From assembly GCA_964469155.1 (NCBI GenBank), contig CAYXXU010000006.1, forward strand, positions 7,591 through 71,590: a DNA stretch of 64,000 nucleotides, given 5' to 3'. The notes beneath the pieces were generated by a model. It had not been told where the DNA came from. It made no database searches and was given only the letters and a program-made list of their open reading frames with translations. The DNA comes from an uncultured Bacteroidales bacterium. GTDB taxonomy: Bacteria > Bacteroidota > Bacteroidia > Bacteroidales > CAIWKO01. Shown one piece after another: positions 51,276-60,828 of the stretch. Position numbers and translations under genes: made by a program. Positions within the stretch are counted from its first letter, which is position 1. The number at the start of each line of letters is the position of its first letter.

Positions 51276-51662
51276 ATGATAATAATAAGTGACCTGATTA
51301 CGGTTGAAGAGTGCGCTAAACGTTGCAAGGTGCAGCCGCGCGCCATTTATGCAAGGTTGAAAAACGGAACAATTTCCGGAATTCGTATTGGTAACTATGC
51401 TTTTGTGAATCCCCTTTCGTCGCCTCCCAAGCGAGTTATGAACGAATTTGATAATCTGCATGTGCCTCCCTATAAGCTTCCTGATAATTTGAAGCCTGCT
51501 GACCTGATATCGCTTGGCACTTTTGTACATAAAAAAAAGATGCGGGGCGACTGGATCTATACCCAGGCCATGCTCGGAAAACTGCGTTCGGTGATAATCT
51601 GTGAGGTGGTTTTTGTGCCTTTATCTGAGGCAGAAGAGATTCTGAAATATAAGCCAAAATAA
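51276..51662 (+). CDS. Small protein with two tandem Xis/MerR-like winged-HTH modules
   Basis: LITVEECAKRCKVQPRAIYARLKNG.I..IRIG..AFV and LISL..F..KK.M....IY.....GKL..V.I..V.FV. Confidence 0.6.
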   Translation: MIIISDLITVEECAKRCKVQPRAIYARLKNGTISGIRIGNYAFVNPLSSPPKRVMNEFDNLHVPPYKLPDNLKPADLISLGTFVHKKKMRGDWIYTQAMLGKLRSVIICEVVFVPLSEAEEILKYKPK

Positions 51663-51765
51663 AACCGAATTTCTATACACTACTTTCACAATTTAACTTT
51701 TCATCGAAAAAATGCAGTAACGCTCAGTCAATGACTAAACAGTAAAAAATGTGAAAGTATTCGTA

Positions 51766-52007
51766 TGTACACCGGATGACCCCGGAAATTTTCTGAAGTC
51801 ATTGCCTGCACACTGGCATACTTTCGGAAAATTTCTGATGTTATTCTTTGTACACCGGCAGGCGTCCGGAAAAAATCTGAAGTTATAACGGGTACACCGG
51901 CATACGCCCAGGAAATTTCTGATGTTATCCCATGTTCACTATCATACGTTCGGAAAATTTCCGGAGTCGTCCAATGTCCAAGAACATACGTTCGGAAAAA
52001 ATCCGTT
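51766..52007. repeat. Tandem array of about 5.5 x 42-bp units
   Basis: Units at 51783, 51825, 51867, 51909, 51951, 51993; consensus CGGAAAATTTCTGAWGT-N9-TACACCGGCATACGTT. Confidence 0.85.
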
Positions 52008-52038
52008 GTCATACAGCCTTATTTAAAATAAACGAAAA

Positions 52039-52073
52039 CGCCCGCCGATTCATTGTGAATGAATCGGCGGGCG
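52039..52073 (-). terminator. Perfect 16-bp stem hairpin downstream of trxA
   Basis: CGCCCGCCGATTCATT-GTG-AATGAATCGGCGGGCG with T-rich tail on the minus strand. Confidence 0.75.
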
Positions 52074-52134
52074 ATAGTTTATCTGTAGCGGGCCACAATT
52101 TTCGGTTTTCGACCCGCCCTAGGATATCCGAACT

Positions 52135-52485
52135 TTACTTCAAACAAATATCATTGATAGCCTGCACAAACTGTGCTTTAGGCAAAGCTCCGGCTGCCAT
52201 CTGAGGGTCTTTGCCTACAGGGCAAAACAAAATGCTTGGAATGCTGCGTATGCCGAAAACACCAGCCAATTCCTGCTGTTCCTCGGTGTCAACCTTATAA
52301 ATATTCACTTTGCCGGCAAACTCCACGGCTAATTCCTCCATGATCGGTGCCACCATTTTGCAGGGGCCGCACCAGTCGGCGTAAAAATCGATCACGCAAG
52401 GCAGTTCGCCTTTAAATTTCCACTCTTTTTCGGTTTCAAAATCGAATACTTTCTCTTTAAAAGTTTCTTTGGTCAAATGTTCCAT
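52135..52485 (-). CDS. trxA: Thioredoxin
   Basis: DFYADWCGPCK, GIRSIPS. Confidence 0.95.
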   Translation of the reverse strand: MEHLTKETFKEKVFDFETEKEWKFKGELPCVIDFYADWCGPCKMVAPIMEELAVEFAGKVNIYKVDTEEQQELAGVFGIRSIPSILFCPVGKDPQMAAGALPKAQFVQAINDICLK

Positions 52486-52580
52486 GATTTTATGATTTTA
52501 GATTTTTAATTACAATTTATTTTCGCAAACTTTGTGTCCTTCCTAAAAGCCTATAGCCAAAAAGCCTTCAGCCTAAAAGC

Positions 52581-53066
52581 CTACTTCCCCTTCTTCAGCA
52601 GCACCTCATTAATCGCTTTCACATATTCTTCCTTAGGATTCAGGCCTACTATGGTTCGGGGCTCGCCGCTCATCGGAATTAAGAATACAGCCGGAATACC
52701 ACTGATATTAAAAAATGCGGAAACATTCTGGCTCAGGTCGGTATTTACCTTGTAAAAATAAACCTGGTCCTTATACTCCAAAGCCAGTTCGTCCATGGTT
52801 GGGGCCAGCATTTTGCAGGGTTTGCACCAGTCGGCATAAAAATCAATCAAACAGGGTTTGTCGCCTGCATATTTCCATTCCTTGCCCGATGTGAAATCAA
52901 ACACCTTGGTCTTAAATTCTGCTTCATTCAATACTATAGGTTTGGCAACGGGTTGTTCAGCAACACTCGCTGCCTGAACCTCGGTTTTTTCGTTAGGTTT
53001 ACTCGACGAATTATTGCACGAGGCAAATAAAACGACTGATAAAAGGATAATGCTTAGTTTGTACAT
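52581..53066 (-). CDS. Thioredoxin-domain lipoprotein
   Basis: Lipobox LFASC, DFYADWCKPCK; start moved to MYKLSII. Confidence 0.88.
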   Translation of the reverse strand: MYKLSIILLSVVLFASCNNSSSKPNEKTEVQAASVAEQPVAKPIVLNEAEFKTKVFDFTSGKEWKYAGDKPCLIDFYADWCKPCKMLAPTMDELALEYKDQVYFYKVNTDLSQNVSAFFNISGIPAVFLIPMSGEPRTIVGLNPKEEYVKAINEVLLKKGK

Positions 53067-53153
53067 GATTATTTTTTTTGCAAAATTACACATTTTTTGA
53101 TTAGTATCGCATTAGTATCACTTATTTTTTTAATTTTGTAAAAAAATTACTTA

Positions 53154-53552
53154 ATGAACAGAGTTTTCGAAGGACTGTCTCCCGATGTATTTTCTGAACG
53201 ATATTCCAACGCCGACGAATGTTATCGCTTTCTTGAAAATGGCAAATGGGGTAACGGATTTGTGTGTCGTAAATGCGGCCACACCAACTATTGCGCCGGC
53301 AAAAAACCTTTTTCCAGAAGATGCACACGCTGCAAAGCCGAAGAATCCGTAACAGCCAACACCGTTTTTCATGGCAGCCGTCTGCCCATAACCGATTCGT
53401 TTCGCATTTTGTTCTCAATTTGCTGCAATCCGCAGATTTCCGCTTATAAGATCTCAAAGGATGAATGCATACGTAAGATGACCTGCTGGAAGCTTCGAAA
53501 GAAAATTGTCACCTGGATGGAAGAAAAAGGAAGTATAATCGATAAACCCTAA
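53154..53552 (+). mobile_element. Stand-alone IS1595-family transposase zinc-ribbon/HTH domain, no DDE domain
   Basis: C..FL...KW..GFVCRKCG..RRC..C..E.SVTA.TVFH.SRLP..CWKLRKKI; ends at 132 aa; own TAATTTTG promoter at 53131-53138. Confidence 0.75.
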
Positions 53553-53556
53553 AAAA

Positions 53557-54099
53557 ATGGAAACTAATAAAATGATCTTGCAGCGATACAGTCCTATCGC
53601 TTTCAGTGATAAAGATATTTCAGATGCCGATCTTCAGATATCTCTGGAAGCCGCACGATGGGCGCCTTCGGCATTTAATGAACAACCCTGGAGGTTTTTA
53701 CTGGCCCCGAAAAGAAATCCTGATGTTTACGGAAAGCTATTCGAATGTATGTTCGATGGCAACAAACTGTGGGCTACCTCAGCCCCTGTTTTGATGCTGG
53801 TATGTGCCAAACGAAATTTCACCCACAACGGCAAACCCAATAACTATCACCAGTTCGATACCGGCATGGCAGTGCAAAATTTCATTCTTTCTGCACTGGA
53901 ATACGGAGTTTATGTGCATCAGATGGCCGGATTTGACCATGAAATGGCAGCCCGAAACTTTGAAATATCTGAGGAGTATTCAATAATATCTATTGCGGCC
54001 ATAGGATACCCCGGCAATATCACACAATTGCCTGAAGAACTTCAGCAAAAGGCAAACCGCCCCAGGATGAGGAAAACACTAAAAGAGATAGTATTCTGA
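53557..54099 (+). CDS. Nitroreductase family protein
   Basis: RYSP..F, EAARWAPSAFNEQPWRF, FDTGMA, HQMAGFD. Confidence 0.93.
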   Translation: METNKMILQRYSPIAFSDKDISDADLQISLEAARWAPSAFNEQPWRFLLAPKRNPDVYGKLFECMFDGNKLWATSAPVLMLVCAKRNFTHNGKPNNYHQFDTGMAVQNFILSALEYGVYVHQMAGFDHEMAARNFEISEEYSIISIAAIGYPGNITQLPEELQQKANRPRMRKTLKEIVF

Positions 54100-54178
54100 T
54101 GATAAATTCTTGAATTGCTAAATTGTTACATGGTTTCATTGTTCTATTGTTGGAAGGATAAATCACCTGATGCCCACC

Positions 54179-54325
54179 AATGACCACTTTTGACCATCAA
54201 TGACTATTAATGACCACTAATGACAATCAATGACAATCAATGACAATTAATGACCATCAATGACTACTAATGACTGCTAATGACTATCAATGACTATTAA
54301 TGACAATCAATGACTATTAATGACC
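54179..54325. repeat. 15 x 10-bp tandem repeat AATGACNNYY
   Basis: TGAC falls every 10 bp from 54181 to 54321; followed by TAAAAGCC/TAAAAGTC run to about 54365. Confidence 0.95.
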
Positions 54326-54354
54326 TTCCTCCTAAAAGCCTAAAAGTCTTCAGC

Positions 54355-55893
54355 CTAATAGCCTAAATAAAGTTTCTTAAAAGCCTTCCCCAGAAAGTTG
54401 ATGATATCGTTTGCCGTAAGGGCTTCAAACCCCAATTGCTTGGCAGCGATATCTCCTGCCAGTCCGTGAACACATACTCCCAGCACACAGGCCTCAAAGG
54501 ATGTGTACTTCTGAGCCAACAATCCCGTAATGATCCCTGTCAGCACATCGCCGCTTCCGGCAGTAGCCATACCCGGATTACCCGTAGAATTGAAATAGCA
54601 ATCCCCTTCCGGAGTGCTGATGCAGGTATAAGCGCCTTTCAGCACCACGTAAACGTCGTATTTTTTCGAGAACTCAATTTGAAGTTGTTGTCTTTCGTTC
54701 TCATGGGCACTTTTCCCTGCCAGCCTTTCGAATTCTTTGGGATGTGGGGTGAAAATGGAATGTTTGGGTACAAACGACAACCATGTTTTGTTTTCGGCCA
54801 GTATATTAATGGCATCGGCATCAAACACCATGGGATTACCCGAATTCTGAATAATCCGTTTCAATTCTTGCTGTGTCTTTTCTCCCATTCCAATCCCCGG
54901 CCCCACACCGATTACATTATAAGGAGAAATATCAATGTCGCCTGAATCAAAATCTTCGTTGGTTGAAATATAATCAACACCCAAACCAACTTCACACATA
55001 ATTTCTGGTGCGGCTATTTGCATGATCTCATAACCACATTCAGGAATATATGCCGTCACCAATCCTGCACCTGACCTGATACAACTTCTGGCAGACAGAA
55101 CGGCAGCTCCCATTTTTCCATACGATCCGCAAACCAGTAAAGCATGACCGTAAGTTCCCTTATGAGAAAAATTTCTGCGGGGTTTTAATATATCATGGCA
55201 ATCTTCTGCCTCAACAAAGTAGTTATTTACTTTCAACTCTCTGATAAAATCCCTGTTAAGTCCTATGGTTAGCACTTGCCATTTGCCCACATAAGGTTCA
55301 TTTCCGGCAAATAAAAAAGATAGTTTGGGAAACTGAAAGGTTAAGGTTTGTTTGGCATGAACAATTTCACCTGTATTGGTCGAATTTTCATCCACAAAAA
55401 GCCCTGATGGAATATCAATAGCCAGAACTCTTGCTTTACTTTTATTGATTTGCCTTATAACATCCGCGGCAATTCCTTCCATAAATGGTTTCGATAACCC
55501 TGATCCGAAAATTGCGTCTATAATAATGTCATTGTCTTCAATTGTTGGAAAATCAGAATCTGAGTGTATATCAGCCAGTTTAACTTTCTTGATTTTCGCA
55601 AGTTTTTGATAATTGACATTGAAATCCTCCGAACACTTTTCGCTAATCCTGACCACATAAGTTTCCACCTTAATATTCTTTTCGGCCATCATGCGTGCAA
55701 TGGCCAGTCCATCCCCACCGTTGTTTCCGGTCCCGCAGAACATTTTAAAAGTGACACTGCGGCCATAGTTCAGTAATATCCAATGGAAACATTTACCTGC
55801 GGCACGCTCCATCAGGTCGATGGATGCGATGGGTTCATGCTTTATGGTATAGGCATCCGCTTCTCTTATCTGACCAACGGCAGGTATTTTCAT
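54355..55893 (-). CDS. nnr: Bifunctional NAD(P)H-hydrate epimerase/dehydratase
   Basis: CGTGNNGGDG, DAIFGSG, IDIPSG, HKGTYG, DADA, TPHPKEF, GNPGMATAGSGDVL. Confidence 0.95.
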   Translation of the reverse strand: MKIPAVGQIREADAYTIKHEPIASIDLMERAAGKCFHWILLNYGRSVTFKMFCGTGNNGGDGLAIARMMAEKNIKVETYVVRISEKCSEDFNVNYQKLAKIKKVKLADIHSDSDFPTIEDNDIIIDAIFGSGLSKPFMEGIAADVIRQINKSKARVLAIDIPSGLFVDENSTNTGEIVHAKQTLTFQFPKLSFLFAGNEPYVGKWQVLTIGLNRDFIRELKVNNYFVEAEDCHDILKPRRNFSHKGTYGHALLVCGSYGKMGAAVLSARSCIRSGAGLVTAYIPECGYEIMQIAAPEIMCEVGLGVDYISTNEDFDSGDIDISPYNVIGVGPGIGMGEKTQQELKRIIQNSGNPMVFDADAINILAENKTWLSFVPKHSIFTPHPKEFERLAGKSAHENERQQLQIEFSKKYDVYVVLKGAYTCISTPEGDCYFNSTGNPGMATAGSGDVLTGIITGLLAQKYTSFEACVLGVCVHGLAGDIAAKQLGFEALTANDIINFLGKAFKKLYLGY

Positions 55894-55904
55894 AAAGAAA
55901 GTTC

Positions 55905-56237
55905 TTAAAAATGGAATGAATGACTGGTGACAGCAAATAACACCACAAAGTACAAAATGTATATCAATGTGGTAACAATAGAAACAATCAGTCCGATAAT
56001 ACCACAGATCTTTGCAGCCCTCAGCATTTTGAGCGATGATTCTTTATAATCCGGGGGATTTTCCTGGTAAATTTTCATAGCTTTCGAATGTAAGGCCAGA
56101 GCTACTATAGCGGCTATCCATCCGCCATAGCACATCACAGCAATAGAAACAATTCCAAAAACCATTGCAGTAACCGAATGCGGTACCATCTTTTGCCTGA
56201 GGACCGTTTTTCTGAATTCATGAGTTTGTTCTTCCAT
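55905..56237 (-). CDS. DUF4190/CCC-motif-like membrane protein
   Basis: VPHSVTAMVFGIVSI..KICGIIGL two-TM pattern. Confidence 0.7.
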   Translation of the reverse strand: MEEQTHEFRKTVLRQKMVPHSVTAMVFGIVSIAVMCYGGWIAAIVALALHSKAMKIYQENPPDYKESSLKMLRAAKICGIIGLIVSIVTTLIYILYFVVLFAVTSHSFHF

Positions 56238-56263
56238 GATCTTACGTTTTTAAATTTTGTGGA

Positions 56264-56572
56264 TCACCAAAGGTGCAAAGTTAGCTTATAAATATAATTA
56301 ATGGTAATGAGGGCTGCATTTATTATAAAAGTTATGGTCAGCACCCTGGTTCCATTCTTAAATTTGAAAATAAGGAACAATATCAGGTAACCCATCATGA
56401 ACATCACAGGCAATAAGGGTGGCCAGGCCAGAAAGCTTCCCCAAAGATTGCCTTTCATCAGTTCGATAATGGCTCTTTGAGTGCCGCAACCCGGGCATTC
56501 TATACCCAGAAAACTTTTATACAGGCAGGGGAGTGTATGACCTTCCATCCAAAGGATTATTGTTTGCCACAT
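56264..56572 (-). CDS. DUF2752 membrane protein
   Basis: PCLYK..LGIECPGCGTQRA; start moved to MWQTII. Confidence 0.85.
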   Translation of the reverse strand: MWQTIILWMEGHTLPCLYKSFLGIECPGCGTQRAIIELMKGNLWGSFLAWPPLLPVMFMMGYLILFLIFKFKNGTRVLTITFIINAALITINYIYKLTLHLW

Positions 56573-56679
56573 ATTAAATCGTTGTTCAAAATTAATAAAA
56601 TACCTGTTCGTAAATTTTTTCTCATTTCCGGCCCTGCACAATATTTAATGCCTAATTTCGTTTGCTTATAAAAAGGTCT

Positions 56680-57516
56680 ATGAAGAAATTACTGTTTCTT
56701 ATCGTTTTGGTTACCGCATCTTTCTGCCTCAGCGCGCAGATCAAGGTTGCTGATAAAACCTATGTCGATGCTTTTTTGAAAAGCAAAACCTATATTGTTC
56801 TCGACGAAAATCCTTTTTCGGTTTTGAATTCTTTTCTAGACAGCAGCATGAAAGTGATGTGGAAGATCACTCCTTATGAAGTGATTACAGGCGAACAGTT
56901 CGAGCAAAAAATGGGCGATCCCAAGAGCTCATTTATGTATGTTTCCCTTGCCCAATTCAGCAAAACAGAGTCTTTCGATTATCTGGTGCTAAATCTTTCT
57001 ATGGGTGATGCCTCCAAAAACCTGAACGCCCTTCACGACCTCTGTGTCATTCCCATGGCATACGAAGATGTGGATGAGGACAGTTACGAGTATAAATTTG
57101 CTGCTTTCATCAAATTCGCTCAGTATTTCATAAAATACTCGGAACAGAATCCCGGGAAAGACATCAGACAGGTAGTGAAGGAAAATCAAACCGAACTGAA
57201 GAATTACGAACTGTGGCTGACGGCTGCCGATCTTGCCACTGATGCCAATACCATTACTAAGATCAGCAAAGTGTATCCTTATCCGGTGAAGATAGTAACT
57301 CAGGACGATATTCAGAAAGCCATCGATGAAAGCAATCCCAAAGTGGCTTTCCTCCATAAGGTGGGCCCCGAAGAAACCGCTGGCGATGGCGCCCTCTGCC
57401 TGAAATTTATCCTTACGGCCCAAGAAGGGAAACCCTTGTACTTCGATTACCACAAGATCACCTCTTCAAAACCCGATGCTTTTTTGCTGGACGATTTTAA
57501 GAATATGGCCAAATAA
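56680..57516 (+). CDS. Exported hypothetical protein
   Basis: Signal peptide MKKLLFLIV..SAQ; long ORF with coding-like composition. Confidence 0.75.
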   Translation: MKKLLFLIVLVTASFCLSAQIKVADKTYVDAFLKSKTYIVLDENPFSVLNSFLDSSMKVMWKITPYEVITGEQFEQKMGDPKSSFMYVSLAQFSKTESFDYLVLNLSMGDASKNLNALHDLCVIPMAYEDVDEDSYEYKFAAFIKFAQYFIKYSEQNPGKDIRQVVKENQTELKNYELWLTAADLATDANTITKISKVYPYPVKIVTQDDIQKAIDESNPKVAFLHKVGPEETAGDGALCLKFILTAQEGKPLYFDYHKITSSKPDAFLLDDFKNMAK

Positions 57517-57662
57517 TCCTTTCTCCTGCTGCTTTTTGTACTTTACCCGGGGCTTATCTTTGAATAAGTTGATGTTGCTATAATTGTGTATTTTTGCAAA
57601 CCATAAATTATCAAATCTTAATGCTGAAATCTGAAATCATAAATCTGAAATTTTAATCCACC

Positions 57663-59339
57663 ATGTCCGACGATAAAAAAATAATTTTCTCAATGGTGAA
57701 CGTCAGCAAAACGTTCCCTCCCAATAAACAGGTTTTAAAAGACATCTACCTGTCATTTTATTATGGTGCCAAGATAGGTGTGATCGGTCTCAATGGTTCC
57801 GGTAAATCTACATTATTAAAGATCATTGCCGGCCTTGAAAAGTCTTTTAACGGCGAAGTGGTGTTTTCTCCCGGTTATTCAGTAGGTTTTCTGGAACAGG
57901 AACCCAAACTCGATAATTCCAAAACCGTGAAGGAGATCGTTCAGGAAGGGGTACAGTCCATTGTCGATATGCTCAAAGAATATGAAGAAGTGAACAACAA
58001 ATTTGCCGAACCCATGACCGATGATGAGATGACCAAACTCATCGACCGCCAGGGACAGCTTACCGAATTATTGGATCAGCACGAAGCCTGGGAACTCGAT
58101 ACCAAACTCGAACGCGCCCTCGATGCTCTGCGTTGCCCCGAGAGTGATACCATCATCGAAAACCTTTCGGGAGGCGAACGCCGCCGCGTGGCTTTGTGCC
58201 GTTTGTTGCTTTCCGAACCCGATATTCTCCTGCTCGATGAGCCTACCAACCACCTCGATGCCGAATCAGTGGAATGGCTGGAACATCACTTGCAGAATTA
58301 CAAAGGAACCGTCATTGCTGTCACCCACGACAGGTATTTCCTCGACAACGTGGCTGGTTGGATACTGGAACTAGATCGTGGCGAAGGCATTCCATGGAAA
58401 GGGAACTACACTTCCTGGCTCGAACAGAAAACCAAACGTATGGCATCCGAAGAAAAGACCCAGAGCAAACGTGCCAAGACCCTCGAACGGGAGTTGGAAT
58501 GGGTGCGCATGGCTCCTAAGGCCCGTCATGCCAAAGGCAAGGCAAGGTTAAAAGCTTACGAAAGCATGCTCAACGAAGATGTGAAGCAGAAGGACGAACG
58601 CCTCGAGATATTCATCCCCAACGGCCCCCGTTTGGGCGATGTGGTCATCGAAGCTCAGAATATTTCCAAAGCCTACGGCGATAAATTGTTGTTCGAAAAC
58701 CTATCCTTCATGCTCCCTCCGGGAGGCATTGTGGGAGTTATTGGGCCTAACGGTGCCGGAAAGACCACCCTTTTCCGTCTAATGATGGGCCACGAAACTC
58801 CCGATACAGGCACTTTCAAGGTTGGCGAAACCGTCAAACTGGCCTACGTCGATCAGGCGCATGTGGACATCGATCCCGAAAAAAATGTCTGGGAAGTCAT
58901 CACCGAAGGCAACGAAAACATCATTCTCGGCAACCGCACCATGAACTCCCGTGCCTATGTATCGCGCTTCAACTTCACCGGACCCGATCAGGGCAAGAAA
59001 GCCGGAGTGCTTTCCGGTGGGGAGCGCAACCGCCTCCATCTGGCGCTTACCCTGAAACAGGAAGCCAACGTGCTCCTGCTCGATGAGCCTACCAACGATA
59101 TAGATGTTAACACCCTCCGCGCTCTCGAAGAAGGCCTCGAAGGCTTTGCCGGTTGCGCCGTGGTCATCTCCCATGATCGCTGGTTCCTCGACCGTATCGC
59201 AACGCATATACTGGCGTTCGAAGGCGAATCCGAAGTCTATTTCTTCGAAGGCTCCTACTCCGAATACGAAGAAAACAAAATGAAACGCCTCGGCGATGTC
59301 GGACCCAAAAGAATTCATTATAAAAAACTCAAAGGATGA
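57663..59339 (+). CDS. ettA: Energy-dependent translational throttle ABC-F protein
   Basis: GAKIGVIGLNGSGKST, LSGGERRRVALC, ELEWVR, two ABC domains; promoter TATTTTTG near 57588. Confidence 0.96.
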   Translation: MSDDKKIIFSMVNVSKTFPPNKQVLKDIYLSFYYGAKIGVIGLNGSGKSTLLKIIAGLEKSFNGEVVFSPGYSVGFLEQEPKLDNSKTVKEIVQEGVQSIVDMLKEYEEVNNKFAEPMTDDEMTKLIDRQGQLTELLDQHEAWELDTKLERALDALRCPESDTIIENLSGGERRRVALCRLLLSEPDILLLDEPTNHLDAESVEWLEHHLQNYKGTVIAVTHDRYFLDNVAGWILELDRGEGIPWKGNYTSWLEQKTKRMASEEKTQSKRAKTLERELEWVRMAPKARHAKGKARLKAYESMLNEDVKQKDERLEIFIPNGPRLGDVVIEAQNISKAYGDKLLFENLSFMLPPGGIVGVIGPNGAGKTTLFRLMMGHETPDTGTFKVGETVKLAYVDQAHVDIDPEKNVWEVITEGNENIILGNRTMNSRAYVSRFNFTGPDQGKKAGVLSGGERNRLHLALTLKQEANVLLLDEPTNDIDVNTLRALEEGLEGFAGCAVVISHDRWFLDRIATHILAFEGESEVYFFEGSYSEYEENKMKRLGDVGPKRIHYKKLKG

Positions 59340-59612
59340 GGAAGACGGAAGTCCGAAGACCGGAGAAGGAATTTGAAAATTATACAATTATACAATTTGA
59401 AAATTAATTAACCGGCTGCATGTAATAATGACTATTAATGACAACTAATGACCATAAATGACAATGAATGACAATGGATGACAATAAATGACCATCAACC
59501 TGTCCCGTACATAAAATGTCGGGATGACCATTAATGACGACCAATAACCATTTCCTAAAAGTCTAATAACCTAAAGCCTAAAAGCCTAAAGTCAAAACCC
59601 CTAAAAGCCTAA
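59340..59612 (+). repeat. Ordered mosaic of short tandem repeats
   Basis: GGAAGAC 7-mers, then AATTTGAA/AATTATAC 8-mers, AATGAC 10-mers (with 26-bp hairpin insert), AAAGCCT/AAAGTCT run. Confidence 0.85.
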
Positions 59613-59615
59613 CCC

Positions 59616-60779
59616 ATGTCAAAGATCCTTATAATCGACGATGAACGCAGCATCCGCAGTACCCTGCGCGAGATATTGGAATACGAAAAATACCAGGTCG
59701 ACGATGCCGCCGATGGTGCCGAAGGTCTGCAATGTGTCGACAAAGAAAAGTACGACGTCATTTTGTGCGACATCAAGATGCCCAAAATGGACGGTGTCGA
59801 TGTCTTGAAAGCCATCATTCAGAAAACCGATACTCCTGTCGTCATGATATCCGGCCATGGAAACATCGAAACCGCTGTCGAATGTATCAAACTCGGCGCT
59901 TACGATTATATTGCCAAGCCCCTCGATCTCAACCGCCTTTTGATAACCCTGCGCAATGCCCTCGACAAATCCTCCCTCATCACCGAAACCAAGGCCCTCA
60001 AAAAGAAAGTCAGCAAAACCTGGGAAATGGTCGGCGAATCTCCGGCCATTCGCCGCATCAAGGATATGATCGAACGCGTGGCTCCCACCGATGCCCGTGT
60101 GCTCATCACCGGCGGCAACGGCACCGGCAAAGAACTCGTCGCACGCTGGCTCCACGAAAAAAGCAACCGTTCCGCATTTCCTTTCATCGAAGTCAATTGT
60201 GCGGCCATCCCCTCCGAACTCATCGAAAGCCAGCTCTTCGGCCACGAAAAAGGGTCCTTCACTTCGGCCATCAAGCAGCGCAAAGGCGATTTCGAGCAAG
60301 CCGACGGCGGCACCATCTTTCTCGACGAAATCGGCGACATGTCTCTTTCAGCCCAGGCCAAGGTATTGCGTGCCCTGCAGGAAAACAAGATCACACGCGT
60401 TGGCGGAGAAAAAGACATACCCGTCAACGTGCGTGTGCTGGCTGCCACCAACAAAAACATTCCCGAAGAGATCGCCGCCCACAACTTCCGCGAAGACCTC
60501 TACCACCGTCTCAGCGTCATACTCATCGAGGTCCCCGCCCTCAGCGAGCGCACCGACGACATCCCCCTCCTGGTCGATCATTTCGTCCGCGAAATCTGCC
60601 AGAGTCAGGGCAGCCCCCTTATCCGCGTACAGCCCTCCGCCCTCGACGAACTTAAAAAGATACCCTGGACCGGCAACATCCGCGAACTCCGCAACGTCGT
60701 CGAGCGCCTCATCATCCTCTGCGACCGGGAAATCACCGGTGAAGATGTCAAAATGTACGCCCACCCCTTACGTCGGTAG
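59616..60779 (+). CDS. Sigma-54-interaction-domain response regulator (receiver plus AAA+), no obvious HTH
   Basis: Receiver (ILIIDDE, CDIKMP), GGNGTGKE, FLDEIGD, WTGNIREL; GSFTSA in place of GAFTGA. Confidence 0.92.
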   Translation: MSKILIIDDERSIRSTLREILEYEKYQVDDAADGAEGLQCVDKEKYDVILCDIKMPKMDGVDVLKAIIQKTDTPVVMISGHGNIETAVECIKLGAYDYIAKPLDLNRLLITLRNALDKSSLITETKALKKKVSKTWEMVGESPAIRRIKDMIERVAPTDARVLITGGNGTGKELVARWLHEKSNRSAFPFIEVNCAAIPSELIESQLFGHEKGSFTSAIKQRKGDFEQADGGTIFLDEIGDMSLSAQAKVLRALQENKITRVGGEKDIPVNVRVLAATNKNIPEEIAAHNFREDLYHRLSVILIEVPALSERTDDIPLLVDHFVREICQSQGSPLIRVQPSALDELKKIPWTGNIRELRNVVERLIILCDREITGEDVKMYAHPLRR

Positions 60780-60828
60780 ATACGAATCATTTACTATTCG
60801 TCATTCACTATAAACAATTCACTTATTT

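Noticed and set aside
51766-52007. 42-bp array as a TIGR-Tas array (contains CTGA/TGATG-like words)
   Set aside because: The neighbouring protein is HTH-like with no Nop domain, and the unit lacks a clear two-spacer layout; kept only as an unexplained array.
53154-53552. Intact IS1595 element
   Set aside because: No DDE catalytic domain, terminal inverted repeats or target duplication seen.
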